From an uncultured Rivularia sp. (GTDB lineage Bacteria > Cyanobacteriota > Cyanobacteriia > Cyanobacteriales > Nostocaceae), in NCBI GenBank assembly GCA_963665115.1, contig OY762007.1, positions 7,968,001 to 8,032,000 on the forward strand: a DNA stretch of 64,000 bases, in the 5' to 3' direction. This document shows positions 31,017 to 41,438 of the stretch, one piece after another. The notes beneath the pieces were generated by a model, which ran no database searches, was not told where the DNA came from, and worked only from the letters and a program-made list of their open reading frames with translations. Each line of letters opens with the position of its first letter. The stretch's first letter is position 1. The position numbers and the translations under genes were made by a program.

Positions 31017-32018
31017 TTACGGTTTCTGCGATTCGAGATAATCTTGTAATAATTTCTTGAATTCGGGTTCTTTACTTAATAAATTAGCTAAGACTCCTCG
31101 CTTACCTTTACTTTCCATAGTTCGCGATAAGTCAACTGCAAAAAGTCTTACCCATTCGTTTGCTGCAACTTGATTTAGCCAGTTGAAAGCGTTGAGTGCT
31201 TGGTTGGCATTGTCGGCGCGTACTGTTAATCCAATTACCGTTGCATATCTAGCGCTGGGTTCTTTAGGAAATTGAATACTTTCGCCTTTTCCTTCTAAGA
31301 TGGCAATCAGATTAGGTAGATTATCGTACATTGAAATGTAAGAATTAAACTCAGTTCCAGCAGCGCTTCCTACTGCTGAATTAATGTCTAATCCGGCAAA
31401 ATGTAACGCACTTGCCATTACCCAGGAACGAGGAGAAGGCCAAGCTGGTTGTTGGGGGTCGATTTTGTGTAATAAAGTGGTGCGGAAGGAGAGAAAAGCA
31501 ATTATCTGCTCGTGTATACCTTTGTCTAAGGCATAAGCTTTGAAGCTTTCAAAATCTGGCTGTACTTCCAGATGCAAAAACCTATTTGCTAAAGGCGAAG
31601 GCATATCAAATACGGCTGCGCGGTCTTCTTTGCGGTTTCCTGCTGCCCATACAAACCAACCATCTGGTACTTCGTAGGAGCCTACGCAGCGGTCTAAAAT
31701 CAACTGTTGTGCAACTCCCTGCATTGCCGGAGGAGCCATATTCAACTCATCAAGGAACAATATACCTTTACCCTTACGAGGTAGAAATTCCGGCGGAAAC
31801 CATTTAGAAATACCATTCTCAGCAACAGGCAAACCTCGCAAATCTGTAGGTGCCAATTGAGACAAGCGAACATCAACAAAATCAATATCGCATTCCCGCG
31901 CTAACTGACCAACAATACTAGATTTACCAATACCGGGAGGTCCCCAAATCATCGTACTGATTTGAATATTATTACTTAGAATCTGGTCTAAAAATACTTT
32001 AAGTTCGCTGGGAGTCAT
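31017..32018 (-). CDS. MoxR-type AAA+ ATPase
   Basis: Walker A GPPGIGKS, Walker B LFLDELN, AAGN sensor, NRF arginine finger, PSPRSW. Confidence 0.88.
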   Translation of the reverse strand: MTPSELKVFLDQILSNNIQISTMIWGPPGIGKSSIVGQLARECDIDFVDVRLSQLAPTDLRGLPVAENGISKWFPPEFLPRKGKGILFLDELNMAPPAMQGVAQQLILDRCVGSYEVPDGWFVWAAGNRKEDRAAVFDMPSPLANRFLHLEVQPDFESFKAYALDKGIHEQIIAFLSFRTTLLHKIDPQQPAWPSPRSWVMASALHFAGLDINSAVGSAAGTEFNSYISMYDNLPNLIAILEGKGESIQFPKEPSARYATVIGLTVRADNANQALNAFNWLNQVAANEWVRLFAVDLSRTMESKGKRGVLANLLSKEPEFKKLLQDYLESQKP

Positions 32019-32026
32019 AGAATTTT

Positions 32027-32192
32027 AGTTAGTAGTTAGTAGTTAGTTGTTAGTTGTTAGTTGTTAGTTGTTAGTGGTTAGGAGTTAGGAGTTAGGAGTT
32101 AGTAGTTAGTAGTTAGTAGTTAGTAGTTAGAAGTTAAGAATTCTCTCCTTGTCTCCCCATCTCCCCATCCCCCTCTCCCCCCTCTCCCCCTT
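32027..32192. repeat. (TAGTTGT/TAGTAGT/TAGGAGT)n and CCCCCTCT tandem repeats
   Basis: Visible tandem units. Confidence 0.85.
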
Positions 32193-33980
32193 CTACCCCC
32201 TCTCTCCTCTCTTCCTCAAGGAGCGCTTTGCAGATTTGGAAACAACGGGGTCTTCGTCTTGGGCAAGATGTTCTAAAATTTCTACGGGGGTGGCTGAATG
32301 TCTCGCTACAAATAGTCTTTCGGTTTCGACAACGCTGGTAGAATATTCTTCTAATAATCTCTGCTGCAATTTGGGTGGGGTGTTGGGATGCTGCACTATA
32401 TACCAGTCGTATCGGAAAAATTGCGTAAGTTGCTCTAACGCCGTGCTTGGAGTGTTGGGGTTTTGAGCAATAAATGAACGCAAATGCCAATCTTTGATTA
32501 AAATCTCTAAAATATCTCCGGGTGTTTGAGGATTTTTGGCTACAGCTTGACGCACTTCTAACCGCCAATCTTCAGCTAGTTTTTTCAATATGTGGGGGGG
32601 AGTGTTGGTATTTGTTGCCACGCCATAACGCACATCTTTGGATGTATCTTTGGCAAGCTCTTGTAAAATCCGGGATGGTGTGCGAACGTTTGAGGCAATC
32701 CACGGACGTAATTCTGGGGAATTTTTTGCCCACTGAATCAGAATTGAGACTGGTGCCCAATCGTGCTGGGCTACATATTTGCGAACAGATAGACGTTCAT
32801 CTAATGCCAAACGCCACATTATTTTTTGCAAGGTAGAACTTGGAGTATTGGGATGACGCGCTAATAACAAGTCGTGAAACGGAGTACTGCCTAATATTTC
32901 CAAGACGTAACCGGGAGTATTGACATTCCTGGCTACAGCAGCCTGTATATCTCCTCGGGCATCCATTGCCAATTCTTCAAGAACTTCTGGAGGCGTACCG
33001 GGATTTTCAGCAACAAACTGCCGCAATTCCAAGTTTTTTGCCGCTTCTACTAGTAAATGTGGTGGTGTATTCGGATGCCTTGCCACCATTTGACGCACCC
33101 GTTTGTTCGGATGCTCTGCCATTTCCTCTAACCAAAGAAGAGGGATATGAGGATTTTGAGGCAAAAAATTCATCGTATGTACCCGATAATCCATTGCCAA
33201 TTCGATTATCAGATGCTTGGTTAAATCGGAACGTTTAGCGATCGCACTTTTAACTTTGGTATATGGAACTTTTATCAAAGCTTCAAGAACATTTAGCGGT
33301 GTGTTGGGATTTTTGGCAATATTTGTTTCAATAGCTACCCTCAAATTCCAATTTGGCTCTGGATGTTCGACTAAAATTTGCAAAACTTTAACAGGAGTTT
33401 TCAGGTATGTAGCCAGATGCAAGCGAACTGAACCCGCACTATGTTCGGCTAACTTTTCTAAAACTGTTTGCGATACATCTTTACGTTGTGCAATACACAA
33501 ACCCAATTCTGGATCGTACCTACTCTTAATTGCCAGTTGAACCAAAATATGTTCCGAAGCTTGTTTATGTTTAGCTACAGCTTCCATTACCAAGGAATTG
33601 GGATGCATTGCGGCACAAGCCAAAAACCATTCCGGCGCATCATCCTGTTTTAACAGTTTTAATAAAGTCCAATATGATATATCTGTTGCTAAATTCGGAT
33701 TTTCTAACATTAATAAAGACAAAACCGGATTTGAGAAAAATTGACGAGGAAAATCCCCCGCTAATTTCAGCAGTACATCTGTTGGTGTATTCGGATTTGT
33801 AGTTACATTTTCGCGGGTAGCCTTATCTTCACTTGATGCCAACTCCCGCAATAATTCCGGTTCCGCACTCGGATTCATCGCCACTAATGAAGCAAGTTCT
33901 ATACTTTCATAAGCAAGAATTCTCAGCTTATCCGGTGGAGTAGTTTCGTCAGCTGCAAGTTGTTCTGGGGTTGGATACAT
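32193..33980 (-). CDS. LRV/HEAT repeat protein, 595 aa (paralog of 23449-25722)
   Basis: VAxNPxTP repeats; N-terminal ~100 aa align with the other LRV protein (NPNTPT..LL.L...FP....NPV.SLL.LENPN). Confidence 0.85.
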   Translation of the reverse strand: MYPTPEQLAADETTPPDKLRILAYESIELASLVAMNPSAEPELLRELASSEDKATRENVTTNPNTPTDVLLKLAGDFPRQFFSNPVLSLLMLENPNLATDISYWTLLKLLKQDDAPEWFLACAAMHPNSLVMEAVAKHKQASEHILVQLAIKSRYDPELGLCIAQRKDVSQTVLEKLAEHSAGSVRLHLATYLKTPVKVLQILVEHPEPNWNLRVAIETNIAKNPNTPLNVLEALIKVPYTKVKSAIAKRSDLTKHLIIELAMDYRVHTMNFLPQNPHIPLLWLEEMAEHPNKRVRQMVARHPNTPPHLLVEAAKNLELRQFVAENPGTPPEVLEELAMDARGDIQAAVARNVNTPGYVLEILGSTPFHDLLLARHPNTPSSTLQKIMWRLALDERLSVRKYVAQHDWAPVSILIQWAKNSPELRPWIASNVRTPSRILQELAKDTSKDVRYGVATNTNTPPHILKKLAEDWRLEVRQAVAKNPQTPGDILEILIKDWHLRSFIAQNPNTPSTALEQLTQFFRYDWYIVQHPNTPPKLQQRLLEEYSTSVVETERLFVARHSATPVEILEHLAQDEDPVVSKSAKRSLRKRGERG

Positions 33981-34374
33981 AAGCGCTAACCTAACTCTTG
34001 CTTAGATGTATTATTTTATTCTGTTATTTATAGTATTTTCTAGTAAAAAAGCTACATTTTTTGGCTTAGTAGTAAATTACCTTGACAATTAATAATTAAG
34101 AGTTATTTAAACTACTTTATAAAATATTTAATTGTCTAAATACATAGTAAAATACACTTATTATGGTGAATATAAAGTGTAATGACAACTGCTCAAAATT
34201 TATATATATGAAATTATAACTAAAATTCAGCAGCATCAATTTGACAATACATTGCCGGATACAAGGTATTTATAAATACTTCTATAATTGAGTAATAAAA
34301 TGAAAAATATTTGTAGCTTTTTTACTCAGAAATCTTTAAATAAATAAGTCAACCTAGCTTGATAAAATCGGTGA

Positions 34375-35184
34375 ATGTTTGACAATATCTGTAAATTTTT
34401 AGCAGAAAACTTTTCTAGAGACTTTGCTAATTGGCTATTGGGAGAACCCATAACCTTAACCGAACTTAGTCCGAAAGAGCTTTCACTCGAACCCATTCGA
34501 GCCGATGCCTTGATACTGCTACAGTCTGATGAAAAAATCCTGCACATAGAGTTCCAAACCCAACCAGATCCCAAAATTCCTTTCCGAACAATAGATTACC
34601 GTATCCGGGGTTATCGCCGCTTTCCCCAAAAGGAAATGCATCAAGTTGTGATTTACCTCAATCGCACAAATTCAGAATTGGTTTATCAAAACACATTTTC
34701 GTTGACTCGCACCCGTCATGAATTTGAAATCATTCGATTGTGGGAACAACCAGCCGAAGTTTTTCTAGAAAACCCCGGTTTACTACCATTCGCCGTATTG
34801 AGCAGTACTCCAAACCCCGAACAGATACTCAACCAAGTTGCCAGCGAGATAAACGAAATTTCCGACAACCGCACTCAAAGCAACGTTGCTGCATCCACCG
34901 CGATTTTAGCTGGTTTAGTATTGAAGAAAGACTTGATAAGAAGAATTTTGAGGTCAGATATTATGCGCGAATCACCAATTTATCAAGAAATCTTGCAAGA
35001 AGGAGAAGAAAAAGGTAGAGCAGAAGGTAAAGCCGAAGGTAGAGCCGAAGGTAGAACAGAAACTTTACAACAAGTCGCGATTGATCTACTTAGCACTGGT
35101 ATGGCTTTAGAAGATATATCAAGAGTAACTGGGTTATCAATTGAAGAGTTGCGGGTTTTGCAAAGGGAACAAAGCGAGCAGTAA
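34375..35184 (+). CDS. Rpn/YhgA-like PD-(D/E)xK nuclease (putative transposase family)
   Basis: IRADALILL, HIEFQT, and C-terminal MRESPIYQEILQEG(EGRA)n. Confidence 0.85.
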   Translation: MFDNICKFLAENFSRDFANWLLGEPITLTELSPKELSLEPIRADALILLQSDEKILHIEFQTQPDPKIPFRTIDYRIRGYRRFPQKEMHQVVIYLNRTNSELVYQNTFSLTRTRHEFEIIRLWEQPAEVFLENPGLLPFAVLSSTPNPEQILNQVASEINEISDNRTQSNVAASTAILAGLVLKKDLIRRILRSDIMRESPIYQEILQEGEEKGRAEGKAEGRAEGRTETLQQVAIDLLSTGMALEDISRVTGLSIEELRVLQREQSEQ

Positions 35185-36038
35185 CCCTTAACCTGGTTCC
35201 CAGGTTGAGCCTGGGAACTAGCTTTTACAGGTTCTGCCTCCGATTATTACAATTGGTGCAAAATGTGAAATAAATCAGTCTTAAAGTAGGGATTTGAAAA
35301 GAAGCGGAAGAAGAATTTTGATTATCTATTTTTTCCTATTAGCTATCAGCAAACCTACACCAATAAATAATAAGGTTGCTGCAATGCTCAAAGCCAAAGA
35401 AGCGTAAAACGGATGTGGTGGTTTAGTTAAAGATAAATTGAAGTCTACAGGTTGGTTGATTTTATCGATATGCTGCACAACCACACCAGAAATAATTGCA
35501 CCACCACCAAAGCCGATACCGAGTATTTGTATTGTGTTATTGAGATTGCGTTCAGCCTCAAGGCTGCGTCTATCGCGTTTTGTTTGTTCGATTTCCACAA
35601 TACCGCGAATTGAATCAATTAGTTGCTCAAATAGTCTTTAAGCGGGTGTAAGATAAGCTAAATCTGTATTGATTTGTTCGATATAGGTATCTTTAGCTAA
35701 TTCTAGGAAGCTTGATAAAAATTCTAAGTCATCTTGTATGCAAATTGCTTTGATTTTGTCAAGATGTAACTTGTAATTTCTTGTATTAGCTTTAATAGTA
35801 TTTCTGTGTAATTCTAAATCTTTTAAATAGCTAGCATAGTTAAAGGAAATTTCGGGTATTTCATTTAGCCATTGATTAAATTCTTTCAGCTTATCATCAA
35901 CAGATTTATCTTTGACTTGATTGAATTGATTTACTTTATCTTCTAAAAGGCTGTACTTTTTTCTAGCTTGTTGATAACACCGACGAGATTGAGAATAAGC
36001 GTAAATAATTTTACTACGACAGTTTAAAAGATCGATTA

Positions 36039-37211
36039 AGTAAGTCGGCGGAAAAAAATATAGCTATGTAACGAAAGGTTAAGATGAAGTATTTGAGTAA
36101 AATTTAACACGTTCTGTTTTATAAGCTCCTTTCTCCCCTCTGGCTTCAACCCCATTCATTACAGCGTAGGCAAGGTCTAGTTCATCATCAAACATTTGAC
36201 CAGATAATTCATCCTTTTTGATATGCTGCCACTCAAGTTCAATTGGATTCATTTCTGAGCAGTACTTAGGTAAAAAGAATATATACAAGCCTTGTTTTTC
36301 CCATTTTGACCATAATTGCTGTACTTCTCGGCATCGATGTATCGATCCGTTGTCTTGTACGACTACTTTAGTACGCCCAGTTTTTTCGGCATTAGCAGCT
36401 TCATGTTCCATCATTTGAATGTAAGCTTTACGGTCAACACCGCCTATTACCAAACCGTAGACAAAGCTGATTAGAGGTTGAAAAAAACCAATAATGCTCA
36501 ATCTGCGTCCACGACGTTTTGTTTGTTCTAAATGTTTTTGCTCACCTTTGAAGTAGTAAGTATAGCCGGGTTCACTCCACATACAAAACCCTGACTCATC
36601 CAAATACTTTAAATCTATTTCTCCGCAAGCCGCAGATAATTGCAGCATATCTAAGTCTGCTTGCTTTATTTCGCGAATTTGCGAGTCTTGTTTGTTTTTA
36701 TGGCTTTTTCTTGTTCTTTTCCAAATGACCCCCTTTTTTTGAGTACCCGACTTAATCTATCAGGACTCAGTTTCACATGGCGATCGCTTTCTAATTTTTC
36801 GGCTAGTTGATGACTGTTGTATGTACGTGGCTCATTTCTCAAACAATATAGCCAAAAACACAATATCGTCTTCAGTCCACTTCGGTTTTAGACCACGACC
36901 TTTTGACTCCCAAAGCCCTTCCAATCCTTCTTTTCGCCATCTATGTAAAACATCTCTAACTGTTTGTATAGTCCAATTAAAATGATTTGCTATTTTTTCT
37001 ACATACCACCCATGTGCATTTAATCTAATCGCTTCTGCTCTATCTTTTACTTTCTGCGGTACATCCGCAGTTTTCAAACTCACTAAACTTCGCTCTTGCG
37101 AGGAAGTGAGGAATACCCTTAAACGAGCGCCCATATAAAAGTTACCTAAATAGATGCATTATCCGTATTTACCTATCTTTACATAGTTTGGTTTATTTAC
37201 GCCGACTTACT
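36039..37211 (-). mobile_element. IS630-family insertion sequence with TA duplication
   Basis: TIRs AGTAAGTCGGCG / CGCCGACTTACT; TA at 36037-36038 and 37212-37213. Confidence 0.9.
36079..37134 (-). pseudogene. IS630 transposase in three frames
   Basis: HTH N-terminus; DDE motifs YLDESGF, VQDNGSIH, EMNPIELEW. A8G5 slippery run near 36728-36740 plus an additional +1 shift near 36850. Confidence 0.8.
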
Positions 37212-37911
37212 TAAAGGATAATAGTATTCTCCAGTATTTTCTAAATGGGTAGTTTCTTGATTTGCGTTCAACCAAATTAAAATATGACACTGATTTTCAG
37301 GAGAATCAGCATTGTTGTTATATTCAAATATCGGACTATTTAATAATTTACCTTTGCTCTGAAATGAAATATTTAATTTATTGAATTCGGCTTCAGAGAT
37401 TAAAGCTTTTACACAACTATCGGCAAAAGCTTTTTTATCATAAATTTTTTCTACAGGTTGAGCAAAGAATACTAAAGTTTGTCCGAGGGAAGCATTTATA
37501 TTATTTGGAAGTAAGCAATTATCTTGATTTAATCCTTTTAGATCGGTAAGTTGTACTTTTGGATGTGGATAACGAAAAGTTAGATCGAGAGCGAAAATAT
37601 CGTGAATTTGTAAACGGTTAATTTCTCCGCTTAAATGGAGATTATTTTTATGCTTAATAGCTGTAAAGTCTAGATTATTTTGATCTAATATTTGTTTCTC
37701 TTTAGGTATTGATAAATTTTCCAGTTTAGGAATACCTAATTTTTTACCAATTTCTTGACATTTGTGCCATAGATGATTGGCATCTTCGACTGGTTTTTCA
37801 GAACCTTGAGCTAAATTATGGCGTAAATGAAAAGCGTAGAGCGTGAGTTTTGGATAATCTACTTTTGCTGTTGAATAATCCATTATAGAATAATTTTTTA
37901 TTATTAACCAT

Positions 37912-38220
37912 AACCGCCTTGGTATGCAATTCCAAGTCTAATAGCAGAAGTCCATTGAAACTGATATCTTGCACCAATTGCAATAACCGCCTGGGAATTT
38001 ATTCCAAGGCTCATATACAAAGTCTGATAAATCAGACTGAATAAGGCATAAGGTGCGTTTTTAACGTGCTTTGTATATTAGCCGATGATTTTAATTTCAA
38101 GGCTAGTTTGGGAGCTTGTTGAGATTGGCGCAAGATGTGAATTGAAATCGACTAATAATTTTTCAGTCTTATTTATAAGACTTTTGCTATTAGCCTGCGG
38201 TTTGCAACCGTAGGTGGATT
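37912..38220. mobile_element. Nested palindromic repeat elements (outer AACCGCC..CTAATAGC/GCTATTAGCC element; inner ATCTTGCACCA..TGGCGCAAGAT MITE)
   Basis: Inverted repeats at 37966-37976 and 38126-38136 sit inside a longer imperfect palindrome. Confidence 0.55.
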
Positions 38221-38234
38221 AACGGGCTTACAAA

Positions 38235-38588
38235 TCAACTTTTGTCGTTCTTCTTATCATCATCCGATTTAGTAGCTGAACTTTGTTGAATAGCATTAAT
38301 TAAAGTTCTTTTATCGTGTTCATATTTAGGAATATTAGAATTAGCTTTAGTGCTTCCAGGCGCTCTTTCTGTGACATTACCTTCAAGCTCAGCTAAAGCA
38401 TCATCGACTTGCGGATGTTTCTCACACCAATCTGAAATCGCATTAGAAAGAGATTGAATATCATCAGATTGAGAATTCACTAATTGAACTAATTCAGTCT
38501 TTTCTTCTTTTGAAAATAACTCAGGCTGAGTTTTGAGCAAATGGATAAAATTGTTAACCGTGACTTCATAATCAGACATAATATTCAT
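38235..38588 (-). CDS. Small acidic helical protein (~117 aa) coupled to the CHAT gene
   Basis: ATG at 38588 follows AGGAG, which overlaps the CHAT stop codon. Confidence 0.75.
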   Translation of the reverse strand: MNIMSDYEVTVNNFIHLLKTQPELFSKEEKTELVQLVNSQSDDIQSLSNAISDWCEKHPQVDDALAELEGNVTERAPGSTKANSNIPKYEHDKRTLINAIQQSSATKSDDDKKNDKS

Positions 38589-38595
38589 AATTCTC

Positions 38596-41259
38596 CTATT
38601 TCCCAACAGCGGTAAATGCAGCCCAATGAAAAGGCGAGTTAAATGGTTTTTCTACAGTTTTATTTCTAAGCTGACGACGTATTTTTCCTTTCTTTGTACT
38701 ATCTAAAGGTAAATTACTCGCCCATTCCTGTAAATCTTCCTTCGTCGCATCTCTCAGCCAAGTTTGCGCTTGATTTAAAGCAACAGGTACGGAAATATCT
38801 TCTACATCCTTTAGAATTTGAATAAATTTAATCATCAAAAAAGACGTTGATAAATCGTTTACCGTCCATAAACTACTGACTACGCTAGAACTACCAGCAT
38901 ATAAGAAACCGCTGGGTAAACCAATATATTCATCGCTGGTATTTTGGAAATCAATTAAGCCAGTTTCGCAAGCAGAAAGGACGACAAGACGACATTGATT
39001 GAGGTTGAAATTTCGTTCAAATAAATTACCTAAAGTTAGGCATTTACTTAAATCTAATTTTTTATTCTTAACTGCACCTGCTAAGAGTAAACAAGAATCT
39101 TGAGGGGAGCTTAAGTTAAATGTACCGTGACAGGAAAAATGGAGATAATTCGTCTGTTGAATTTGGGATGAAGCTTGAGATAAAGCGGTTTGAGTTGCTT
39201 GTTTTTTAGATAATACTTCTTTGTCAGTAAATAACGATGAAATAGTTTCTACTTCTAAATCGGTGTATTGTAAATCTTCTGTAGGGTTTTGAATAGCAAA
39301 TAGGGATTTTAAATTAGAGTGTTGTCTTAAGTTTACTTGTTGTAAAAGTTGACAACTGGGAGCATAACTTACACAGTCTGAGAATTTATCACATAAGAAA
39401 CCACCATCAGCTAAAGGTAATGCGTGAAGTGGGAATAAGTGTAGGTAGCGATGGGGAATAAGAATTAGATGAGAACAAGTTTGTGGTATTAGCTTGATAA
39501 TTTCTTCTATATGTAAGATTTCAGCAAGTTGAGTAAGACGAGAAGGGAGATTGTTTATCCACTCGGCTTTATTACTGTAATATGCATCCAAATAATTGAA
39601 ATTCCAATTGGTAAAAGCTTTTAAATTATCAGTGGATGTAGATGAGTTAAATCTTTGAAGATTATCAGAGGTAATAATAAAAGTCTCTAAACCTGCCTTA
39701 GTAATATACCACTCAATAATGGCTGTATTTTTGTCTAAAGTTGCTTGAAATTTATTAATTTTGAAACCAGAAGCAACTGGTAAATACTCATCTTCTAAAC
39801 TCTTTTTCTGTTGTCGTAATTCCTGAAGATGTTGAGCTAAAGCTGTAGCATTTTCAGCAGTACCATTTTGAATTTTATATTGTCCCGTAGCTATTTCATC
39901 TCGGAGTTGTTCTAGTTGCGTAAAAACTTCTGGAGGGAAAATGGCTTTAGAATCGCGATCAAGAATAAGTTCAACCAAATTACGGGTTTTACTGCGTTCG
40001 ATATATTCAACTGCTTGACTATCTTCTTGCAATTCCAAACAAACTTCTACCATACTGCGATAAAGTCCATTCCACTTTTCCGCTTGCTTGCGCTTGCTTT
40101 CTTCACCGGATATAATTTCACATCGCAATAACTCTACCGTCGCAATGGCTGATTCATAGGTATTGTAAGCAGAATTAAATCTACCTTCGTTTTGGTAAAC
40201 CATCCCTAAATTGTCTAATGTTTCTATATGATTTTGCGGAAAAGCCTCGCAGGTTCTAACTTTTAAAGCATAATTAAAGCAATCAATGGCTTTTTCAATG
40301 TTCTGAGATTTCTCTCCTTTGATTCTTTTATAATAAGCAATGCCTAAATTGTTTTGCGTTTGTGCCCAATCTTGAGGTAAAGTTTCGCGGGTTCTAACTT
40401 GCAATGCAGCTTGGAATGAAGAAATGGCATTTTCAATATTGTCGGCTTTATCTCCCTTGATCCTATTACTATAAGCAGTACCTAAATTATTTTGTGTCAT
40501 AGCCCAATCTTGAGGAAAATCATCGCAAATTCTAACTTGCAAAGCGGCTTTATAGGCTTTTATAGCCTCTTCAATATTATCGGCTTTGTTTCCGTTTATT
40601 CTGTCACCGTAAGCATTGCCTAAATTATTTTGCGTAGCGGACCAATATTGGCGAAAAGCTTGATATGTGTAGACTAGCAAAGCAGCTTTATAGGCTTTTA
40701 TCGCATTTTCAATATTGTGAGCTTTATTTCCATTTATTCTTTCCCTATAAGCATTACCTAAATTGTTTTGCGTCATTGCCCAATCTAAAGGAAAATCTTC
40801 ATAGGTTCTGACTTGCAAAGCAGCTTGATAAGCATTGATCGCATTTTCGATATTCTCCGCTCTATCTCCCACAATTCTGTCATAGTAAGCACCACCTAGA
40901 TTATTTTGTGTCTGTGCCCAATCTTGAGGGAAAGTTTCACGGGTATAGACTCGCAGAACTATCTGATAACAAGCGATTGCAATTTCTATGTTGCTAGCTT
41001 TACTACCCAAAGGAAATTCCTGAATCCGATTGCCAAAATTTCCAATATTTGCTGCGATACAATCTCTTAAATTTACTGGTACTTCTTCCAATGCACTTGT
41101 CGGCCAATATCGCAATACGTTAGCCAAATTATTATTAAGCTTATCTGTATTTGCTGCGAATAACGGATAAACAACCTCCGCATTGCCGTTGCTTTCTGAG
41201 ATTGCTTGCAAAATTTCCATCAAAACTTGGAAATAAGCATCCCGTGGCTGTTCGTTCAT
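38596..41259 (-). CDS. TPR-repeat CHAT (caspase-like) protease
   Basis: About six 40-aa WAxTQNNLGxAY TPR units; catalytic HFSCHG and LSACETG; C-terminal WAAF. Confidence 0.92.
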   Translation of the reverse strand: MNEQPRDAYFQVLMEILQAISESNGNAEVVYPLFAANTDKLNNNLANVLRYWPTSALEEVPVNLRDCIAANIGNFGNRIQEFPLGSKASNIEIAIACYQIVLRVYTRETFPQDWAQTQNNLGGAYYDRIVGDRAENIENAINAYQAALQVRTYEDFPLDWAMTQNNLGNAYRERINGNKAHNIENAIKAYKAALLVYTYQAFRQYWSATQNNLGNAYGDRINGNKADNIEEAIKAYKAALQVRICDDFPQDWAMTQNNLGTAYSNRIKGDKADNIENAISSFQAALQVRTRETLPQDWAQTQNNLGIAYYKRIKGEKSQNIEKAIDCFNYALKVRTCEAFPQNHIETLDNLGMVYQNEGRFNSAYNTYESAIATVELLRCEIISGEESKRKQAEKWNGLYRSMVEVCLELQEDSQAVEYIERSKTRNLVELILDRDSKAIFPPEVFTQLEQLRDEIATGQYKIQNGTAENATALAQHLQELRQQKKSLEDEYLPVASGFKINKFQATLDKNTAIIEWYITKAGLETFIITSDNLQRFNSSTSTDNLKAFTNWNFNYLDAYYSNKAEWINNLPSRLTQLAEILHIEEIIKLIPQTCSHLILIPHRYLHLFPLHALPLADGGFLCDKFSDCVSYAPSCQLLQQVNLRQHSNLKSLFAIQNPTEDLQYTDLEVETISSLFTDKEVLSKKQATQTALSQASSQIQQTNYLHFSCHGTFNLSSPQDSCLLLAGAVKNKKLDLSKCLTLGNLFERNFNLNQCRLVVLSACETGLIDFQNTSDEYIGLPSGFLYAGSSSVVSSLWTVNDLSTSFLMIKFIQILKDVEDISVPVALNQAQTWLRDATKEDLQEWASNLPLDSTKKGKIRRQLRNKTVEKPFNSPFHWAAFTAVGK

Positions 41260-41438
41260 AAAACCGCATCTAAATCATATCTTTATAAAGCTTCAGTATA
41301 ATTGCTGAGATTTTCGCAAGAATCCCAAATTTATCAAAACTCTTCCTCTGCGCCCTCCGCGTCTCGGCAGTTAATCAATCTTATTTACCAAACGCAATAA
41401 AAACCTAAACAATAAAATAAACCACTAAAAAAACAACT

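Larger units (their letters stand above)
35326..37883 (-). pseudogene. ~460-codon protein with C-terminal coiled coil and two TM helices, disrupted by IS630 and a nonsense codon
   Basis: Removing the IS and one TA restores YYYPL-IDLLNCRSKIIYAY...; in-frame TAA at 35638-35640 (LTPA*RLFEQLIDSIRG). Confidence 0.85.

Noticed and set aside
40200..41000. 120-bp periodic DNA repeats
   Set aside because: Fully explained by the 40-aa TPR units of the CHAT protease.
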